The position numbers and the translations under genes are program-made. The notes under the pieces were generated by a model. It did no database searches, was not told the origin of the DNA, and saw only the letters and a list, made by a program, of their open reading frames with translations. A stretch of 64,000 bases of DNA, taken from NCBI GenBank assembly GCA_003213695.1, contig QCMO01000002.1, positions 5,287-69,286 on the forward strand. The letters are read 5' to 3'. Shown piece after piece: positions 1 to 11,423 of this stretch. Source of the DNA: Pelagibacteraceae bacterium AG-422-C23 (GTDB lineage Bacteria > Pseudomonadota > Alphaproteobacteria > Pelagibacterales > Pelagibacteraceae). How positions within the stretch are numbered: position 1 is the first letter of the stretch; each line of letters begins with the position of its first letter.

Positions 1-261
1 CCATGAAAGACCTGTGGCTGATGAACCTAAAATCTTACTTACTCTTGATTGCATTTCTTTAGCAGCTTTATTTGTAAAAGTTACTGATAAAATTTGATTT
101 GGAAAAGCTCTCTTGTTCTTAATAATATTAGCTATTCTTGATGTTAAAACTTTAGTCTTTCCTGATCCTGCGCCAGCGACTATTAATAAAGGGCCCTCAA
201 GGTGTAATACTGCCTCTTTTTGGGCATTATTTAAATTTTTTAAATAATCAGAGTTTACCAT
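1..261 (-). CDS. uvrD: ATP-dependent DNA helicase UvrD/PcrA, 5' part (runs off window)
   Basis: Manual translation [44 protein letters not shown]...[11 protein letters not shown] contains the UvrD Q motif, Walker A and motif Ia. Confidence 0.9.
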   Translation of the reverse strand, partial: MVNSDYLKNLNNAQKEAVLHLEGPLLIVAGAGSGKTKVLTSRIANIIKNKRAFPNQILSVTFTNKAAKEMQSRVSKILGSSATGLSW

Positions 262-295
262 TTTAAATATTTAATTATAAGTTCTTTGAATCATT

Positions 296-1783
296 ATGAG
301 TAATTATAATTTATTAATTAAAAAGATTAAGAAACAATTTTTATCTATAAATGATCATATAGAAAGTTATTTCAATAAAATAAAATATTTTAAGTCAAAT
401 TATAAAAAAATCTTATTTAAAAGGGATAATGGACTCATTTTAATTACAGGAATATTGGTAATTTTGACACTGTCGTACTTTTTAATGCCTACTTTTTACA
501 ATAAAGAAATAATTCAATTACAAATAAAGAATCAAATTTTTAAAAATTATAATATTGAAATAAAATTTAATGAAAAAATAAATTATGGCTTATTACCAAA
601 ACCTCACTTTTCAGCAAAAAACTTATCTATTTATAGAGGAGATAAAGAAGTAGGAGTTACAAAAAATTTAAGAATTAATATTGGTTTAGATAAATTTTTT
701 TCAATTAATCAAATTGATATGAAAGATTTAGTTTTTAATAAAACAGACTTTAATATCTCACTTGAAGATGTTGTTTTTTTTAGAGATTTATTAAAAACAG
801 AACCAAATGATAATAAAATATTCTTTAAAAAAAGTAATATTTTTTTTAAAAATAAAGATGATGAAGTTTTGTTCATAAATAAAATTAATAATAGTGAGTT
901 TTTTTACGATTCGAATAAATTACAAAATATTTTGACCTCAAAAAGTGAAGTTTTTAAAATTCCTTATAAATTAATAATTAGAAATGATAAATTTAATAAG
1001 ACTGTAACAACAGAATTAAGCTCTAAAAAAATAAGACTTAGATTAGATAACGAAATTTTTTATGATAAAGAAATAAAAAATGGTTTATTAGACATTCTAT
1101 TTGTTAACAAAAATACTTCCTTTAAATATAAAATTACAAAAAACTCATTTAACTTTTCGTCTGATCAAAATAAAAATTTTTATAAGGGTATTATTGATTT
1201 TAAACCTTTTTATCTAAATGCAGATTTTAATTATGAAGGTCTTAGTTCAAAAAATCTTTTTGATGAAAACTCAATTTTAATCGATTTAATCAATTCAGAG
1301 ATGCTTAACAATAAAAACTTAAGTGCAAAACTTAATATTAATGTGAAAGACATTACTAACATTAATGAATTGAAAGATTTAAAATTGAAAATTTTAATTG
1401 AGGAGGGCAATATTGGCTTTTCAGAATCCACAATAATGTGGAAAAAGGACCTTAAAATTATATTAGATGAAAGTTTTTTAACATTAGATGATGGAATCAA
1501 CTTAATAGGAACAATTTTTTTAGATTTTAAAAATATAAATAACTTTTATAGTTCATTTCAAATTCAAAAAAAAGATAGAAAAGATATAAAAAAAATTTCA
1601 ATAGATTATGTTTATAATTTTAATGATAATAGTTTCGTATTTAATAATCCTAAAATAAATAATAAACAAAACATAGAACTCGAAGAATTCTTAAACGTTT
1701 TCAATTCAAAAAAAGATAGAAGATTTAATAAAATTACATTTAAAAATTTTGTAAATAATTTTTTTAGAGTTTATGCCGGATGA
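296..1783 (+). CDS. Hypothetical membrane-anchored protein (possibly AsmA-like)
   Basis: 495-aa ORF with one N-terminal hydrophobic segment, then an Asn/Lys/Ile-rich beta-type sequence; no catalytic motif. Confidence 0.6.
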   Translation: MSNYNLLIKKIKKQFLSINDHIESYFNKIKYFKSNYKKILFKRDNGLILITGILVILTLSYFLMPTFYNKEIIQLQIKNQIFKNYNIEIKFNEKINYGLLPKPHFSAKNLSIYRGDKEVGVTKNLRINIGLDKFFSINQIDMKDLVFNKTDFNISLEDVVFFRDLLKTEPNDNKIFFKKSNIFFKNKDDEVLFINKINNSEFFYDSNKLQNILTSKSEVFKIPYKLIIRNDKFNKTVTTELSSKKIRLRLDNEIFYDKEIKNGLLDILFVNKNTSFKYKITKNSFNFSSDQNKNFYKGIIDFKPFYLNADFNYEGLSSKNLFDENSILIDLINSEMLNNKNLSAKLNINVKDITNINELKDLKLKILIEEGNIGFSESTIMWKKDLKIILDESFLTLDDGINLIGTIFLDFKNINNFYSSFQIQKKDRKDIKKISIDYVYNFNDNSFVFNNPKINNKQNIELEEFLNVFNSKKDRRFNKITFKNFVNNFFRVYAG

Positions 1784-3159
1784 ATCATTTTTTTTGGATT
1801 AACAATTTTATCGTAATCTTTTTCTGTTATTAATCCTGTTTTTAAAGCTTCAGTTTTTAGTGTCGTTTTATTTTTTAATGCTGATTTTGCTATTCTAGCA
1901 GCGTTGTCGTAACCAATCTTCGGCGCTAAAGCAGTTATCAACATCAATGAGTTGTCTAAATATTGTTTTATTTTTATTTTATCAGCCTTTATTCCTTTGA
2001 CGCAATAAAGTGAAAAATTTTTAGTGCTATCAGCAAGTAAGTCTATTGACTGTAGAATATTATGAGCAATTAAAGGTTTAAATACATTTAATTCAAAATG
2101 GCCATGTGAACCTGCCATAGTAATTCCATTGTGATTTCCTATTACTTTAACACAAACCATTGTTACTGCCTCTGATTGAGTCGGATTAACTTTGCCAGGC
2201 ATTATAGAAGATCCGGGTTCATTAGCTGGTAAAATGATTTCTCCATAGCCAGCCCTAGGACCTGAACCTAAAAATCTTATATCATTTGCAATTTTCATTA
2301 AGCTTACTGCTGTCGTATTTAAAGTTCCTGAAAAATTTACAATTTCATCATGAGCTGCTAGAGCAGCGAACTTATTTTTAGTCGGTTTAAAAGGTAGCTT
2401 AGTAATTTTTTTTATTTCATTGATAATTTTTTTATCAAAGCCTTTTTTACTATTAATTCCAGTTCCAACAGCAGTCCCACCTTGTGCCAAGTAATAGATC
2501 TCATTTAAGGCATTTTTAATTCTCGATATACAATCTTCTAATTGAGTTTGATATCCTGAAAATTCTTGTCCTAAGGAAAGAGGTGTTGCATCCTGAAGAT
2601 GAGTTCTTCCCACTTTTATTATATTTTTAAATTGAGAAACTTTTTTCTTTAATTCTTTGTTTAATAATTCCAGAGAAGGAAGTAGCTTATTTCTTGTTTC
2701 AATAGCAATCGCTATATGCATTGCAGTAGGGAATACATCGTTTGTAGATTGAGATTTATTTACATGGTCATTAGGATGCACTGGTTTTTTTGTTCCCTTT
2801 TTTCCACCTAGAATTTCTATAGCTCTATTTGCAATGACTTCATTTACGTTCATATTGGTTTGAGTACCAGATCCTGTTTGCCAAACCTTTAGGGGGAAGT
2901 GATCATCTAATTTACCAGATATAACTTCATTAGAGGCCTTGATTATAGCTTTAGAAATATGCGGTAAAATTTGCTTTTCTTTATTATGCACAACAGCTGC
3001 AGCCCTTTTTATAATTGCAATAGATTTGATTAAAACTGGCCTTACTAAAAATTCACCTATGTCAAAATACTTTTTTGATCTTTGAGTAGAAGCACCCCAA
3101 TATTTATCATTTGGTACATTGATTGATCCTATACTGTCGAATTCTTTTCTTAATTTCAT
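1771..3159 (-). CDS. fumC: Class II fumarate hydratase
   Basis: [13 protein letters not shown] signature, [26 protein letters not shown]. Confidence 0.97.
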   Translation of the reverse strand: MKLRKEFDSIGSINVPNDKYWGASTQRSKKYFDIGEFLVRPVLIKSIAIIKRAAAVVHNKEKQILPHISKAIIKASNEVISGKLDDHFPLKVWQTGSGTQTNMNVNEVIANRAIEILGGKKGTKKPVHPNDHVNKSQSTNDVFPTAMHIAIAIETRNKLLPSLELLNKELKKKVSQFKNIIKVGRTHLQDATPLSLGQEFSGYQTQLEDCISRIKNALNEIYYLAQGGTAVGTGINSKKGFDKKIINEIKKITKLPFKPTKNKFAALAAHDEIVNFSGTLNTTAVSLMKIANDIRFLGSGPRAGYGEIILPANEPGSSIMPGKVNPTQSEAVTMVCVKVIGNHNGITMAGSHGHFELNVFKPLIAHNILQSIDLLADSTKNFSLYCVKGIKADKIKIKQYLDNSLMLITALAPKIGYDNAARIAKSALKNKTTLKTEALKTGLITEKDYDKIVNPKKMIHPA

Positions 3160-3226
3160 TGATTAATAAGTAATTAATAAATTATTATAAATATACATTA
3201 AATATAAAAAAACTTACAGGAGCAAT

Positions 3227-3598
3227 ATGTCAAATTTTAGTAAGGTTGGAATTTTTATGAAAACTTTTGGACAAGAAGTTAAAGATAATCCCTCATTTAG
3301 CACAGATAAAATCAATAAATTGAGGATAGATTTAATTAAAGAAGAATTAGATGAATTAACAGAAGCAATGAAAAACAAAGATTTATTAGAAGTTGCAGAT
3401 GCTTTAACTGACATTTTATATGTTACTTACGGTGCGGGACATGCATTTGGTATTGATTTGGATAAATGCTTTGATGAAGTTCAAAACTCCAATATGAGTA
3501 AATTAGATAAGAATGGAAAACCAATTTATAATGAATCTGGCAAAGTAATGAAAGGACCTAATTATTTTAAACCAGACCTCTCAAAATTTGTAAATTAA
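3227..3598 (+). CDS. MazG-like/PRA-PH family nucleoside triphosphate pyrophosphohydrolase
   Basis: EELDEL...EVADALTDILYVTYG...EVQNSNMSK...GKVMKGPNY all-alpha NTP-PPase pattern; AGGAG RBS. Confidence 0.85.
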   Translation: MSNFSKVGIFMKTFGQEVKDNPSFSTDKINKLRIDLIKEELDELTEAMKNKDLLEVADALTDILYVTYGAGHAFGIDLDKCFDEVQNSNMSKLDKNGKPIYNESGKVMKGPNYFKPDLSKFVN

Positions 3599-4428
3599 AT
3601 TTCTAATTTAAAATCAATAGACGAAGCGCTATGTGTAATACTTCCGACGGATATTCTATTTACTCCAGTTGCAGCAACTGACTTAACTGTTTTTAAGTTA
3701 ATATTTCCCGAAGCTTCTGTTTCATAATATTTTTTTGCAAGCTTAATACCAACTTTAAGATTTTTAACATTCATATTATCAAAAAGAATAGTATTAAATT
3801 TAAGACCCATTATTTTTTTGAGTTGTTTTAAGTTATCAACTTCAACAGTAATCTTTTTACCTTTTTTATTTTTTATTGCTAAAGAAACCATTTCTCTTAG
3901 ATTTGAAGCAGCAATATGATTATCCTTAATTAAAAATTCATCACTTAAATTAAATCTATGATTAGTTCCACCACCTAATTTTACTGCATATTTTTGAATA
4001 ACTCTTAAATTTGGAATTGTTTTTCTAGTGCAACAAATTTTACATTTTTTTCCTGCTAGTTTTACAAACTTGTTTGTTTTAGTAGCTATACCTGAAATAT
4101 GAGATAAAAAATTAAGCGCAACTCTTTCAGCAATCAGTATATTTTTAGCACTACCTTTGATAGTAGCAATTAAAGAATTTTTTTTTACAAAAGATCCATC
4201 TTTTTTTTTTACAATAAATTTGATTTTATTATCAATTAAAGAAAATGCATATTTTGCAAATCGCAAACCACCAATAACTGCATTCTCATTTGCAATTAGT
4301 TTAACTTCAATTATTTTACTATTTTCAATTAAATCTGAGGTAATATCTCCAGATGGATATAAATCTTCATTAAGCGCTAGCTTGACAGTATTTTTTATAA
4401 AATTTTCACTTAATTTAATTTTTGACAC
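3595..4428 (-). CDS. nadC: Quinolinate phosphoribosyltransferase
   Basis: TRKTIP, HRFNLSD, LIKDNH, EASGNI motifs; adjacent to nadA. Confidence 0.95.
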   Translation of the reverse strand: MSKIKLSENFIKNTVKLALNEDLYPSGDITSDLIENSKIIEVKLIANENAVIGGLRFAKYAFSLIDNKIKFIVKKKDGSFVKKNSLIATIKGSAKNILIAERVALNFLSHISGIATKTNKFVKLAGKKCKICCTRKTIPNLRVIQKYAVKLGGGTNHRFNLSDEFLIKDNHIAASNLREMVSLAIKNKKGKKITVEVDNLKQLKKIMGLKFNTILFDNMNVKNLKVGIKLAKKYYETEASGNINLKTVKSVAATGVNRISVGSITHSASSIDFKLEI

Positions 4429-4434
4429 AAATGA

Positions 4435-5424
4435 TTATCTTCCGATAGCAACCATTTTTTCAACAGATAGTCTTGCTTTATCAATTGTTTTTTGATCCAT
4501 TAAAATTTCACCAGTTTCGTTTTCTAAACAATCTAAAATTTTCGGTAAAGTAATTTTTTTCATATGTGGACACATATTGCACGGTTTAATGAACTCTACT
4601 TTAGGATTTTCAACTTGGATATTATCACTCATTGAACATTCGGTAACCATCATAACTTTCTTAGGTTGATTATCTCTAACATAATTAATCATACCAGATG
4701 TTGATCCAGCAAAATCACTAGCCTTAATTACATCAGGTGGACACTCAGGGTGAGCAATTATTTTTATCCCAGGATTGTTTTTTCTAATATCATTTATTTC
4801 GTTTTCATTAAATTGATCATGAACAATACAAATTCCTTTCCACGAAATTATTTCAACATCAGTTTGTGAAGCAACATATTTTGCAAGATAATCATCTGGT
4901 AAAAAAATAACTTTTTTGACACCTAATGATTTTACAATTTTTACAGCATTGGCAGATGTGCAACAAACATCTGTTTCAGCTTTTACATCTGCAGATGTAT
5001 TCACATAAGATACAACTGGAACTCCAGGATATTTTTCTTTCAACAATCTAACATCCTTTCCAGTAACAGATGATGATAAAGAACAACCTGCATTCATGTC
5101 TGGCAACAAAACTTTTTTATTTGGACTCATTAATTTTGCTGTCTCAGCCATAAAATGAACACCTGCCATTACAATTATATCAGCAGAGGTTTTTGATGCC
5201 TCAACAGCTAGTGCTAATGAGTCTGCAGAAAAGTCTGCAATTCCATGATATATTTCTGGTGTTTGATAATTATGTGCGAGAATGACAGCATTCTTTTTTT
5301 TTTTTAATTTATTTATTTCATGAATATATGGTGCGTGAACTGACCACTCAATTTCTGGTATAACCTTTGATATTTTTTTATATATAGGATCAGTCGCTTT
5401 TCTAACTTCTTGATTAAATTCCAT
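4435..5424 (-). CDS. nadA: Quinolinate synthase
   Basis: ILAHNYQ, GVHFMAET, AGCSL, YVNTSA, AHPEC, CPHMK; start taken at MEFNQ. Confidence 0.95.
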   Translation of the reverse strand: MEFNQEVRKATDPIYKKISKVIPEIEWSVHAPYIHEINKLKKKKNAVILAHNYQTPEIYHGIADFSADSLALAVEASKTSADIIVMAGVHFMAETAKLMSPNKKVLLPDMNAGCSLSSSVTGKDVRLLKEKYPGVPVVSYVNTSADVKAETDVCCTSANAVKIVKSLGVKKVIFLPDDYLAKYVASQTDVEIISWKGICIVHDQFNENEINDIRKNNPGIKIIAHPECPPDVIKASDFAGSTSGMINYVRDNQPKKVMMVTECSMSDNIQVENPKVEFIKPCNMCPHMKKITLPKILDCLENETGEILMDQKTIDKARLSVEKMVAIGR

Positions 5425-5479
5425 ACTAAAATTTATCAATTTGAAACCTACTTGTCATTGATTTATTGTGGGTCATATT

Positions 5480-5565
5480 GCGGCCATGCTGAAATTGGTA
5501 GACAGGCACGGTTGAGGGCCGTGTGGACCTAGTCCATGAGAGTTCGAGTCTCTCTGGCCGCACCA
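5480..5565 (+). tRNA. tRNA-Leu (anticodon GAG)
   Basis: GCGGCCA/TGGCCGC acceptor stem, TGGTAGAC D-loop, CACGG-TTGAGGG-CCGTG anticodon arm, long variable arm, GTTCGAGT T-loop, encoded CCA. Confidence 0.96.
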
Positions 5566-5570
5566 AATAC

Positions 5571-6458
5571 TTAAATTTTAAGCCACTCGGGTATGAGAAT
5601 TTTAAATGTCCCGTTTTCGCTTTTAAATATCTGTTTTTTATCAAAGTTTTTATCTAAAAATTTGATTAATGCGAAAGGGTAATCATCATTGATTAAAACT
5701 TTTCCAATCTCAACTTCATTGCTATATATTTTTTCATCTTCAGATAGTTTTCCATTAATAATCTCAATCGGCAGTAATCTTTTTGAAAGTTTATTTTTTA
5801 ATTTAATTCTAGCAGTGTTTTCTTGTCCAACATAACATCCTTTTTTAAAATCAATTCCATTAAGCTCTTCAAAATTACATTCAATACCAAATAATTTATT
5901 TTGTAATTTGTTCAAATTTTTAGGCACTATTCCAAGCTTATGGCTTTGAAGATAATATTTTTCAACTTTATCATCCTTAAGATCTAATTTTTTTAGTGAT
6001 AAATAAAGTTTTTCTAAATTTATAATAAGTCTTGCACCCAAATTTTTGTTTCTAGGGTCTAAAATTATTGGGTCTTCTCTAAATTTAAAAGTAAAACCCA
6101 AGATGTCTTTTGAGCCATCAATTGATAGATATTTTTTATATCCAAAGCTAGCAACTACAAATTCATTACTTAAATTTAATATTTCTACTTTTGATCTAAT
6201 TTTATAAAGGTTTAATTGTTTGAATATTTCCTTTGATTGAGATTTCTCACAGTCAATAAAATAACCTGATTTGTGTTTTACAACTATGAATTCATAAAGA
6301 AACTTTCCTTGTGGAGTTAGCAAAGAAGCAAAACAGCTAGAATCATCCGTTACTTTATTTATGTCATTACTAATTAAGTTTTGTAAAAAATCTTTAGAAT
6401 CTTCTCCACTTATATAAAGTATGGCTCTATCTTCTAATATATAAACGTTATTATTCAT
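5571..6458 (-). CDS. ygfZ: Folate-binding Fe-S/tRNA-modification protein YgfZ
   Basis: KGCYVGQE motif, LLTPQGK. Confidence 0.92.
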   Translation of the reverse strand: MNNNVYILEDRAILYISGEDSKDFLQNLISNDINKVTDDSSCFASLLTPQGKFLYEFIVVKHKSGYFIDCEKSQSKEIFKQLNLYKIRSKVEILNLSNEFVVASFGYKKYLSIDGSKDILGFTFKFREDPIILDPRNKNLGARLIINLEKLYLSLKKLDLKDDKVEKYYLQSHKLGIVPKNLNKLQNKLFGIECNFEELNGIDFKKGCYVGQENTARIKLKNKLSKRLLPIEIINGKLSEDEKIYSNEVEIGKVLINDDYPFALIKFLDKNFDKKQIFKSENGTFKILIPEWLKI

Positions 6459-6501
6459 ATTTGATTGATATCATATTTTAATATAATAACTTTTTTCATA
6501 A

Positions 6502-7809
6502 ATGTTAGATCTAATAATAAAAAACGGTCAATGTTATATAAATGGAAAGCTAGAAGATAAAGATATAGCTGTTAAAGATGGCAAAATTTTAAAGATTGGT
6601 AAAATTCTAGAGGAAGCAAAAGAAGTTTATGACGCCAAAAAACAAATTGTCTTACCAGGTTGTATAGATACTCAAACTCATTTTCGAGAACCAGGCTCAA
6701 CTGATACAGAGGATCTTCATTCTGGAGGTAGGGCTGCTGTTGCTGGAGGTATCACGGCAGTATTTGAAATGCCAAATACAAATCCTCCAACATCAAATTT
6801 AAAAGAATTTCAAAGAAAATTAGATCTAGCAAAAAATAGAATGTATTGCAATTATGCTTTCTATTTTGGCGCAACAGCAGAAAATGTGAGTCAATTAGCA
6901 GAACTAAAAGATTTGGAAGGATGTTGTGGAATAAAATTATTTGTGGGTTCATCAACCGGCAATCTCTTAGTAGCTCTTGAAGAAGATATAGATAAAGTTT
7001 TTCAAAATTCTTCAAAAGTAGTTGCGGTTCACTCAGAGGATGAAGAAATTTTAAATAAGAATAAGAAATTAATTAAAAATGGGGATGTTCATTCACATCC
7101 TGTTTGGAGAAGTGAAGAGTGTGCCATTTCCTCAACCAGAAGAATTGTTAGAATTGCTAAAAAGTATAATAAAAAAACTCACGTTCTTCATATAACAACT
7201 AAACAAGAAATAGATTTTTTATCCCAACACAAAGGAAATATTACTTTTGAAATTACTCCACAACATCTAACAATCTTTGCCCCTGATTGTTATGATAAAC
7301 TTGGAACTTACGCTCAGATGAATCCTCCTATAAGAGATAAATCTCATTACGATCGATTATGGTACGCAGTTAAAAATAATATTAATGATACAATTGGATC
7401 AGATCACGCTCCACATTTAAAAATTAATAAAGATAAAGAATATCCCAACTCGCCCTCAGGTATGCCTGGAGTACAAACTCTCATGACTGTTATGCTTAAC
7501 CATGTTAATGATGGAAAATTATCTCTCAATCAATTAATTAATCTTGTATGTGAAAACCCAATTAAAATTTTTGGTATTAAGAATAAAGGATTTATAAGAG
7601 AAGGTTATGATGCTGATTTTACTATTGTAGATATGAATAAAAAAATTGTAATTAAGAATGAAAATATTGAGAGCAAATGTGGATGGTCCCCTTTTAATGG
7701 CTTTGAGTTTAAAGGAACTCCTGTTTCAACTATTATTGCTGGAAAAATAAAAATGCAGGATGGAAAAATTTTAGGTGACCCTGAGGGCACTCCATTAAAA
7801 TTTAGTTAA
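6502..7809 (+). CDS. pyrC: Dihydroorotase
   Basis: DTQTHFREPG, EMPNTNP, MNPPIR, GSDHAPH. Confidence 0.9.
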   Translation: MLDLIIKNGQCYINGKLEDKDIAVKDGKILKIGKILEEAKEVYDAKKQIVLPGCIDTQTHFREPGSTDTEDLHSGGRAAVAGGITAVFEMPNTNPPTSNLKEFQRKLDLAKNRMYCNYAFYFGATAENVSQLAELKDLEGCCGIKLFVGSSTGNLLVALEEDIDKVFQNSSKVVAVHSEDEEILNKNKKLIKNGDVHSHPVWRSEECAISSTRRIVRIAKKYNKKTHVLHITTKQEIDFLSQHKGNITFEITPQHLTIFAPDCYDKLGTYAQMNPPIRDKSHYDRLWYAVKNNINDTIGSDHAPHLKINKDKEYPNSPSGMPGVQTLMTVMLNHVNDGKLSLNQLINLVCENPIKIFGIKNKGFIREGYDADFTIVDMNKKIVIKNENIESKCGWSPFNGFEFKGTPVSTIIAGKIKMQDGKILGDPEGTPLKFS

Positions 7810-8134
7810 TTTTTCCTGTAAAACTATTAACTAAAATAACTCCAATGACGATTAAAAATAATCCTGCTATAGCTTGCCAAGCTAAAGTTTGTTTAAAAAA
7901 GAAATAACCAAGTATTGCTATTGTAAAAACTCCTAGTCCACTCCACGTGGCATACACAATTGCAATTGGAAGTTTATCCATCACAAATGTCATTAGATAG
8001 AATGATACAAGATAAAATATTGTTAGAAAAACTGTGGGTATTAATTTGGTGAAATTTTGTGATACGGGCAATAACATTGTTCCGGCGACTTCACAAAATA
8101 TAGCAATAAGTAATAAAGAATAAGTTTTAACCAT
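7802..8134 (-). CDS. SMR/DMT family small multidrug transporter
   Basis: 110 aa, four TM helices, membrane Glu in TM1 (FCEVAGT), YATWSGLG. Confidence 0.9.
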   Translation of the reverse strand: MVKTYSLLLIAIFCEVAGTMLLPVSQNFTKLIPTVFLTIFYLVSFYLMTFVMDKLPIAIVYATWSGLGVFTIAILGYFFFKQTLAWQAIAGLFLIVIGVILVNSFTGKIN

Positions 8135-10028
8135 TATTCAGTATTTTATTATCAATTAGATCTTGTTTTATTTCATCTAGAATAACAGGGTCATCAATAG
8201 TTGGTGGCATTTTATACTCAACATTATCTGCAATTTTTCTAATTGTTCCTCTAAGAATTTTTCCTGATCTTGTTTTTGGAAGTCTTTTGATCACTATCGC
8301 AACTTTAAATGCAGCTACTGGACCAATCTTGTCCCGGACCATTTTAATACATTCTTTAGAAATCGTCTGGTTATCTTTTTTAACTCCAGCTTTTAAAACA
8401 ATTAATCCTATAGGCAATTGCCCTTTTAACTTATCAGCGACACCAAGGACAGCACATTCAGCAACAGATTGGTGTTCAGATAGAACTTCCTCTATAGCAC
8501 CAGTTGACAATCTATGTCCGGCAACATTTATAATGTCATCTGTTCTAGACATAATCCAAATGTACCCATCTTCATCAATATGACCTGCATCATAAGTTTG
8601 ATAATAACCCTCATAGTTTGACATATAATTTTCTTTATATCTTTGATCAGCATTCCATAAAGTTGGAAATGTTCCTGGAGGAAGTGGAAGTTTAACAACT
8701 ATATCACCCATTTCATCTGGTTTAGCTAAAGTTTGATCTGATTTAATGATTTTTACATCATAACCAGGTACAGCTTTACATGCTGAACCATATTTTGTTT
8801 TCATCATTTCAATTCCAGTGCAATTTGAGCTGATAGCCCAGCTCGTTTCGGTTTGCCACCAATGATCAATTACTGGAACTTTTAATAGATTTTCAGCCCA
8901 CTTAATTGTATCAGGATCAGCTCTTTCACCAGCTAGAAAAAGACTTTCAAATTTTGATAAGTCATATTTAGAAAAAAATTTTCCATCGGGATCCTCTTTT
9001 TTTATAGCTCTAAAAGCTGTTGGAGCAGTAAATAAAGATTTTACTTTGTAATCTGAAATAATTTTCCAAAATGCACCAGCATCAGGAGTACCAACAGGTT
9101 TACCTTCAAACAAAACTGTTGTGCAGCCTTTAAATAATGGTGCATAAACAATGTAAGAGTGACCAACAATCCAACCAATATCACTTGCAGACCACCAAAT
9201 ATCTCCTTCATCTATGTTATAAATATTTTTCATTGTCCACTTGAGAGCAACAATATGACCACCTATATCTCTTACAATACCTTTAGGAGTTCCTGTGGTA
9301 CCTGAAGTGTAAAGTATATATGCGAATTCATTAGAATTCATTTCAACACAATCAGTATCTTTTGCACTTGATAAAGCTTCGTCCCAACTTATTTCTTTTG
9401 GCGCATTCAATTTGACTTCATGATCTTTTCTTTGAAACAAAATCATTTTATTTATTTTGTGTTTAGCTTGTTTAATTGCTTCATCCACTAATGGCTTGTA
9501 TTCAACTGTTCTTCCAGGTTCAAAGCCACATGAAGCTGTGACTAATATTTTAGCTTTACTATCATCAATCCTACTGGCAAGTTCATTTGAAGCAAAACCA
9601 CCAAATACTACAGAATGAATTGCTCCAATTCTTCCGCATGCAAGCATTGCAATGACTGCCTCAGGTATCATTGGCATATATATAATTACTCTATCACCTT
9701 TGTTGATGCCTTGATCTTTTAATGCTCCTGCAAATTTAGAAACTCTAGATCTTAATTCTTCGTAAGTAAGTTTGCTTTTATTTCCTGTGATAGGACTATC
9801 GTAAATTAAAGCTGTTTTATTTCCTTTTCCTTGATCAATATGAACATCAAGTGCATTATAGCAAGTATTTGTGATCCCATCCTCATACCATTTATAAAAA
9901 GGAGGGTTTGATTTGTTTAAAATTTTTATTGGCTTTTTAAACCAAAAAATATCATTAGCTGCTTCTTGCCAAAATTTTTCGGGATTTTTAATAGATTCTT
10001 CGTAAATCTTATTAAACTTAATAGACAT
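8127..10028 (-). CDS. prpE: Propionyl-CoA synthetase (acetate/propionate-CoA ligase family)
   Basis: YTSGTTGTPKG, DHWWQTET, SRTDDIINVAGHRLST, PKTRSGKILR. Confidence 0.85.
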   Translation of the reverse strand: MSIKFNKIYEESIKNPEKFWQEAANDIFWFKKPIKILNKSNPPFYKWYEDGITNTCYNALDVHIDQGKGNKTALIYDSPITGNKSKLTYEELRSRVSKFAGALKDQGINKGDRVIIYMPMIPEAVIAMLACGRIGAIHSVVFGGFASNELASRIDDSKAKILVTASCGFEPGRTVEYKPLVDEAIKQAKHKINKMILFQRKDHEVKLNAPKEISWDEALSSAKDTDCVEMNSNEFAYILYTSGTTGTPKGIVRDIGGHIVALKWTMKNIYNIDEGDIWWSASDIGWIVGHSYIVYAPLFKGCTTVLFEGKPVGTPDAGAFWKIISDYKVKSLFTAPTAFRAIKKEDPDGKFFSKYDLSKFESLFLAGERADPDTIKWAENLLKVPVIDHWWQTETSWAISSNCTGIEMMKTKYGSACKAVPGYDVKIIKSDQTLAKPDEMGDIVVKLPLPPGTFPTLWNADQRYKENYMSNYEGYYQTYDAGHIDEDGYIWIMSRTDDIINVAGHRLSTGAIEEVLSEHQSVAECAVLGVADKLKGQLPIGLIVLKAGVKKDNQTISKECIKMVRDKIGPVAAFKVAIVIKRLPKTRSGKILRGTIRKIADNVEYKMPPTIDDPVILDEIKQDLIDNKILNNG

Positions 10029-10243
10029 AAAAAATTTGATTCGTTGTTGCCCTTTTTTTGATTTTTAACTTTATAATTGTATTTAATTTTAAAAAGTAAG
10101 TAAAATCAATGCAAATTAATCACAATTAAGTCTTCAATAATGTCTTTTAATTTGGTATTTAACCCACAATCTTGGTTTAGTGAAAGCTAAACCTAGTTTA
10201 TATAAACTAAACAAGTAAAAACTAACTAAAGAGGGAGTTTTTT

Positions 10244-11017
10244 ATGAAAAAACTTAAACTGTTTGCTTTAACTGTTGCAGCATTGATTGGTGTGACTGGT
10301 GTAGCAAACGCGGCTTCTGCTACTATGTTAGCTCAAGATGACTTCGTTGGAATATCTTTCTGGATAATTTCAATGGGTATGTTGGCTGCTACAGCATTTT
10401 TCTTCATGGAGAGAAATACTGTTGCTCCTGGCTGGAAAACGTCAGTAACTGTTGCAGGGCTAGTAACTGGTATTGCATTCATCCATTACATGTACATGAG
10501 AGAAGTATGGGTGATGACTGGTGATTCACCAACGGTATACAGATATATTGACTGGTTAATTACTGTGCCACTACAGATGATAGAGTTCTATTTAATTCTA
10601 GTAGCTGTAAGAAAAGCAAACTCTGGAATTTTCTGGAGATTGTTAATTGGTTCATTAGTAATGTTAATCGGTGGATATTTAGGAGAAGCTGGATACATCA
10701 ACGCTACACTTGGTTTCATAATCGGTATGGCAGGTTGGGTATACATTCTTTATGAAATATTCTCAGGTGAAGCTGGAAAAGCTGCTGCTAAAAGTGGAAA
10801 CAAAGCTTTAGTGACTGCCTTCAGTGCAATGAGAATGATTGTAACTGTAGGTTGGGCAATTTACCCATTAGGTTATGTATTTGGTTACCTAACAGGTGGT
10901 GTAGATGCTAACTCACTAAACGTTGTTTACAACTTAGCTGACTTTATAAACAAAATTGCATTTGGTCTAGTAATCTGGGCTGCTGCAGTAAGTTCAGCTG
11001 GTGCTAGAAGCAGATAG
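10244..11017 (+). CDS. Proteorhodopsin, blue-absorbing type (Q105), DTE proton pump
   Basis: RYIDWLITVPLQMIE (D97, T101, Q105, E108), H75 in FIHY, retinal Lys in ADFINK, signal peptide, GAGGGAG RBS. Confidence 0.97.
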   Translation: MKKLKLFALTVAALIGVTGVANAASATMLAQDDFVGISFWIISMGMLAATAFFFMERNTVAPGWKTSVTVAGLVTGIAFIHYMYMREVWVMTGDSPTVYRYIDWLITVPLQMIEFYLILVAVRKANSGIFWRLLIGSLVMLIGGYLGEAGYINATLGFIIGMAGWVYILYEIFSGEAGKAAAKSGNKALVTAFSAMRMIVTVGWAIYPLGYVFGYLTGGVDANSLNVVYNLADFINKIAFGLVIWAAAVSSAGARSR

Positions 11018-11040
11018 TTACTAAAGAAATTAAATAATTT

Positions 11041-11080
11041 ATAGGGCGAGTATGTATTCACATACTTGCCCTATTTTTTT
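11041..11080 (+). terminator. Intrinsic terminator after proteorhodopsin
   Basis: ATAGGGCGAGTATGT-ATTC-ACATACTTGCCCTAT followed by a T run. Confidence 0.9.
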
Positions 11081-11099
11081 GCATAATTAAATAATATTT

Positions 11100-11420
11100 A
11101 TGACAAAGATAACTTACATTACTCACGATAACAAAAATCATACCATAGATGTACAAAATGGTCTTACAGTAATGGAGGGAGCTGTACAAAATGATATCCC
11201 AGGGATTGACGCTGACTGTGGAGGAGGAATGGCTTGTGCGACATGTCACGTATATGTAAATGAAGGATGGTTTGATAAGCTACCGTTTAAAGAGGATGGT
11301 GAAGAAGATATGTTAGACATGGCTTTTGAACCAAAAAAAAATAGTAGACTAAGTTGTCAAATAATAGTTTCAGATGACTTAGATGGTTTAATCGTAAACA
11401 TACCATCTAAACAAGGTTAA
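11100..11420 (+). CDS. 2Fe-2S ferredoxin (adrenodoxin type)
   Basis: [11 protein letters not shown]...RLSCQ. Confidence 0.93.
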   Translation: MTKITYITHDNKNHTIDVQNGLTVMEGAVQNDIPGIDADCGGGMACATCHVYVNEGWFDKLPFKEDGEEDMLDMAFEPKKNSRLSCQIIVSDDLDGLIVNIPSKQG

Positions 11421-11423
11421 AAA

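Noticed and set aside
5294-5305. 12-nt homopolymer in nadA as a phase-variation tract
   Set aside because: Frame is intact (LKKKKN) and long A/T runs are common at this AT content
5480-5600. tRNA as prophage or island integration site
   Set aside because: No integrase, no duplicated tRNA 3' end seen, and core genes on both sides
5426-5644. 72-aa minus-strand ORF
   Set aside because: It is the antisense reading of tRNA-Leu plus the ygfZ end
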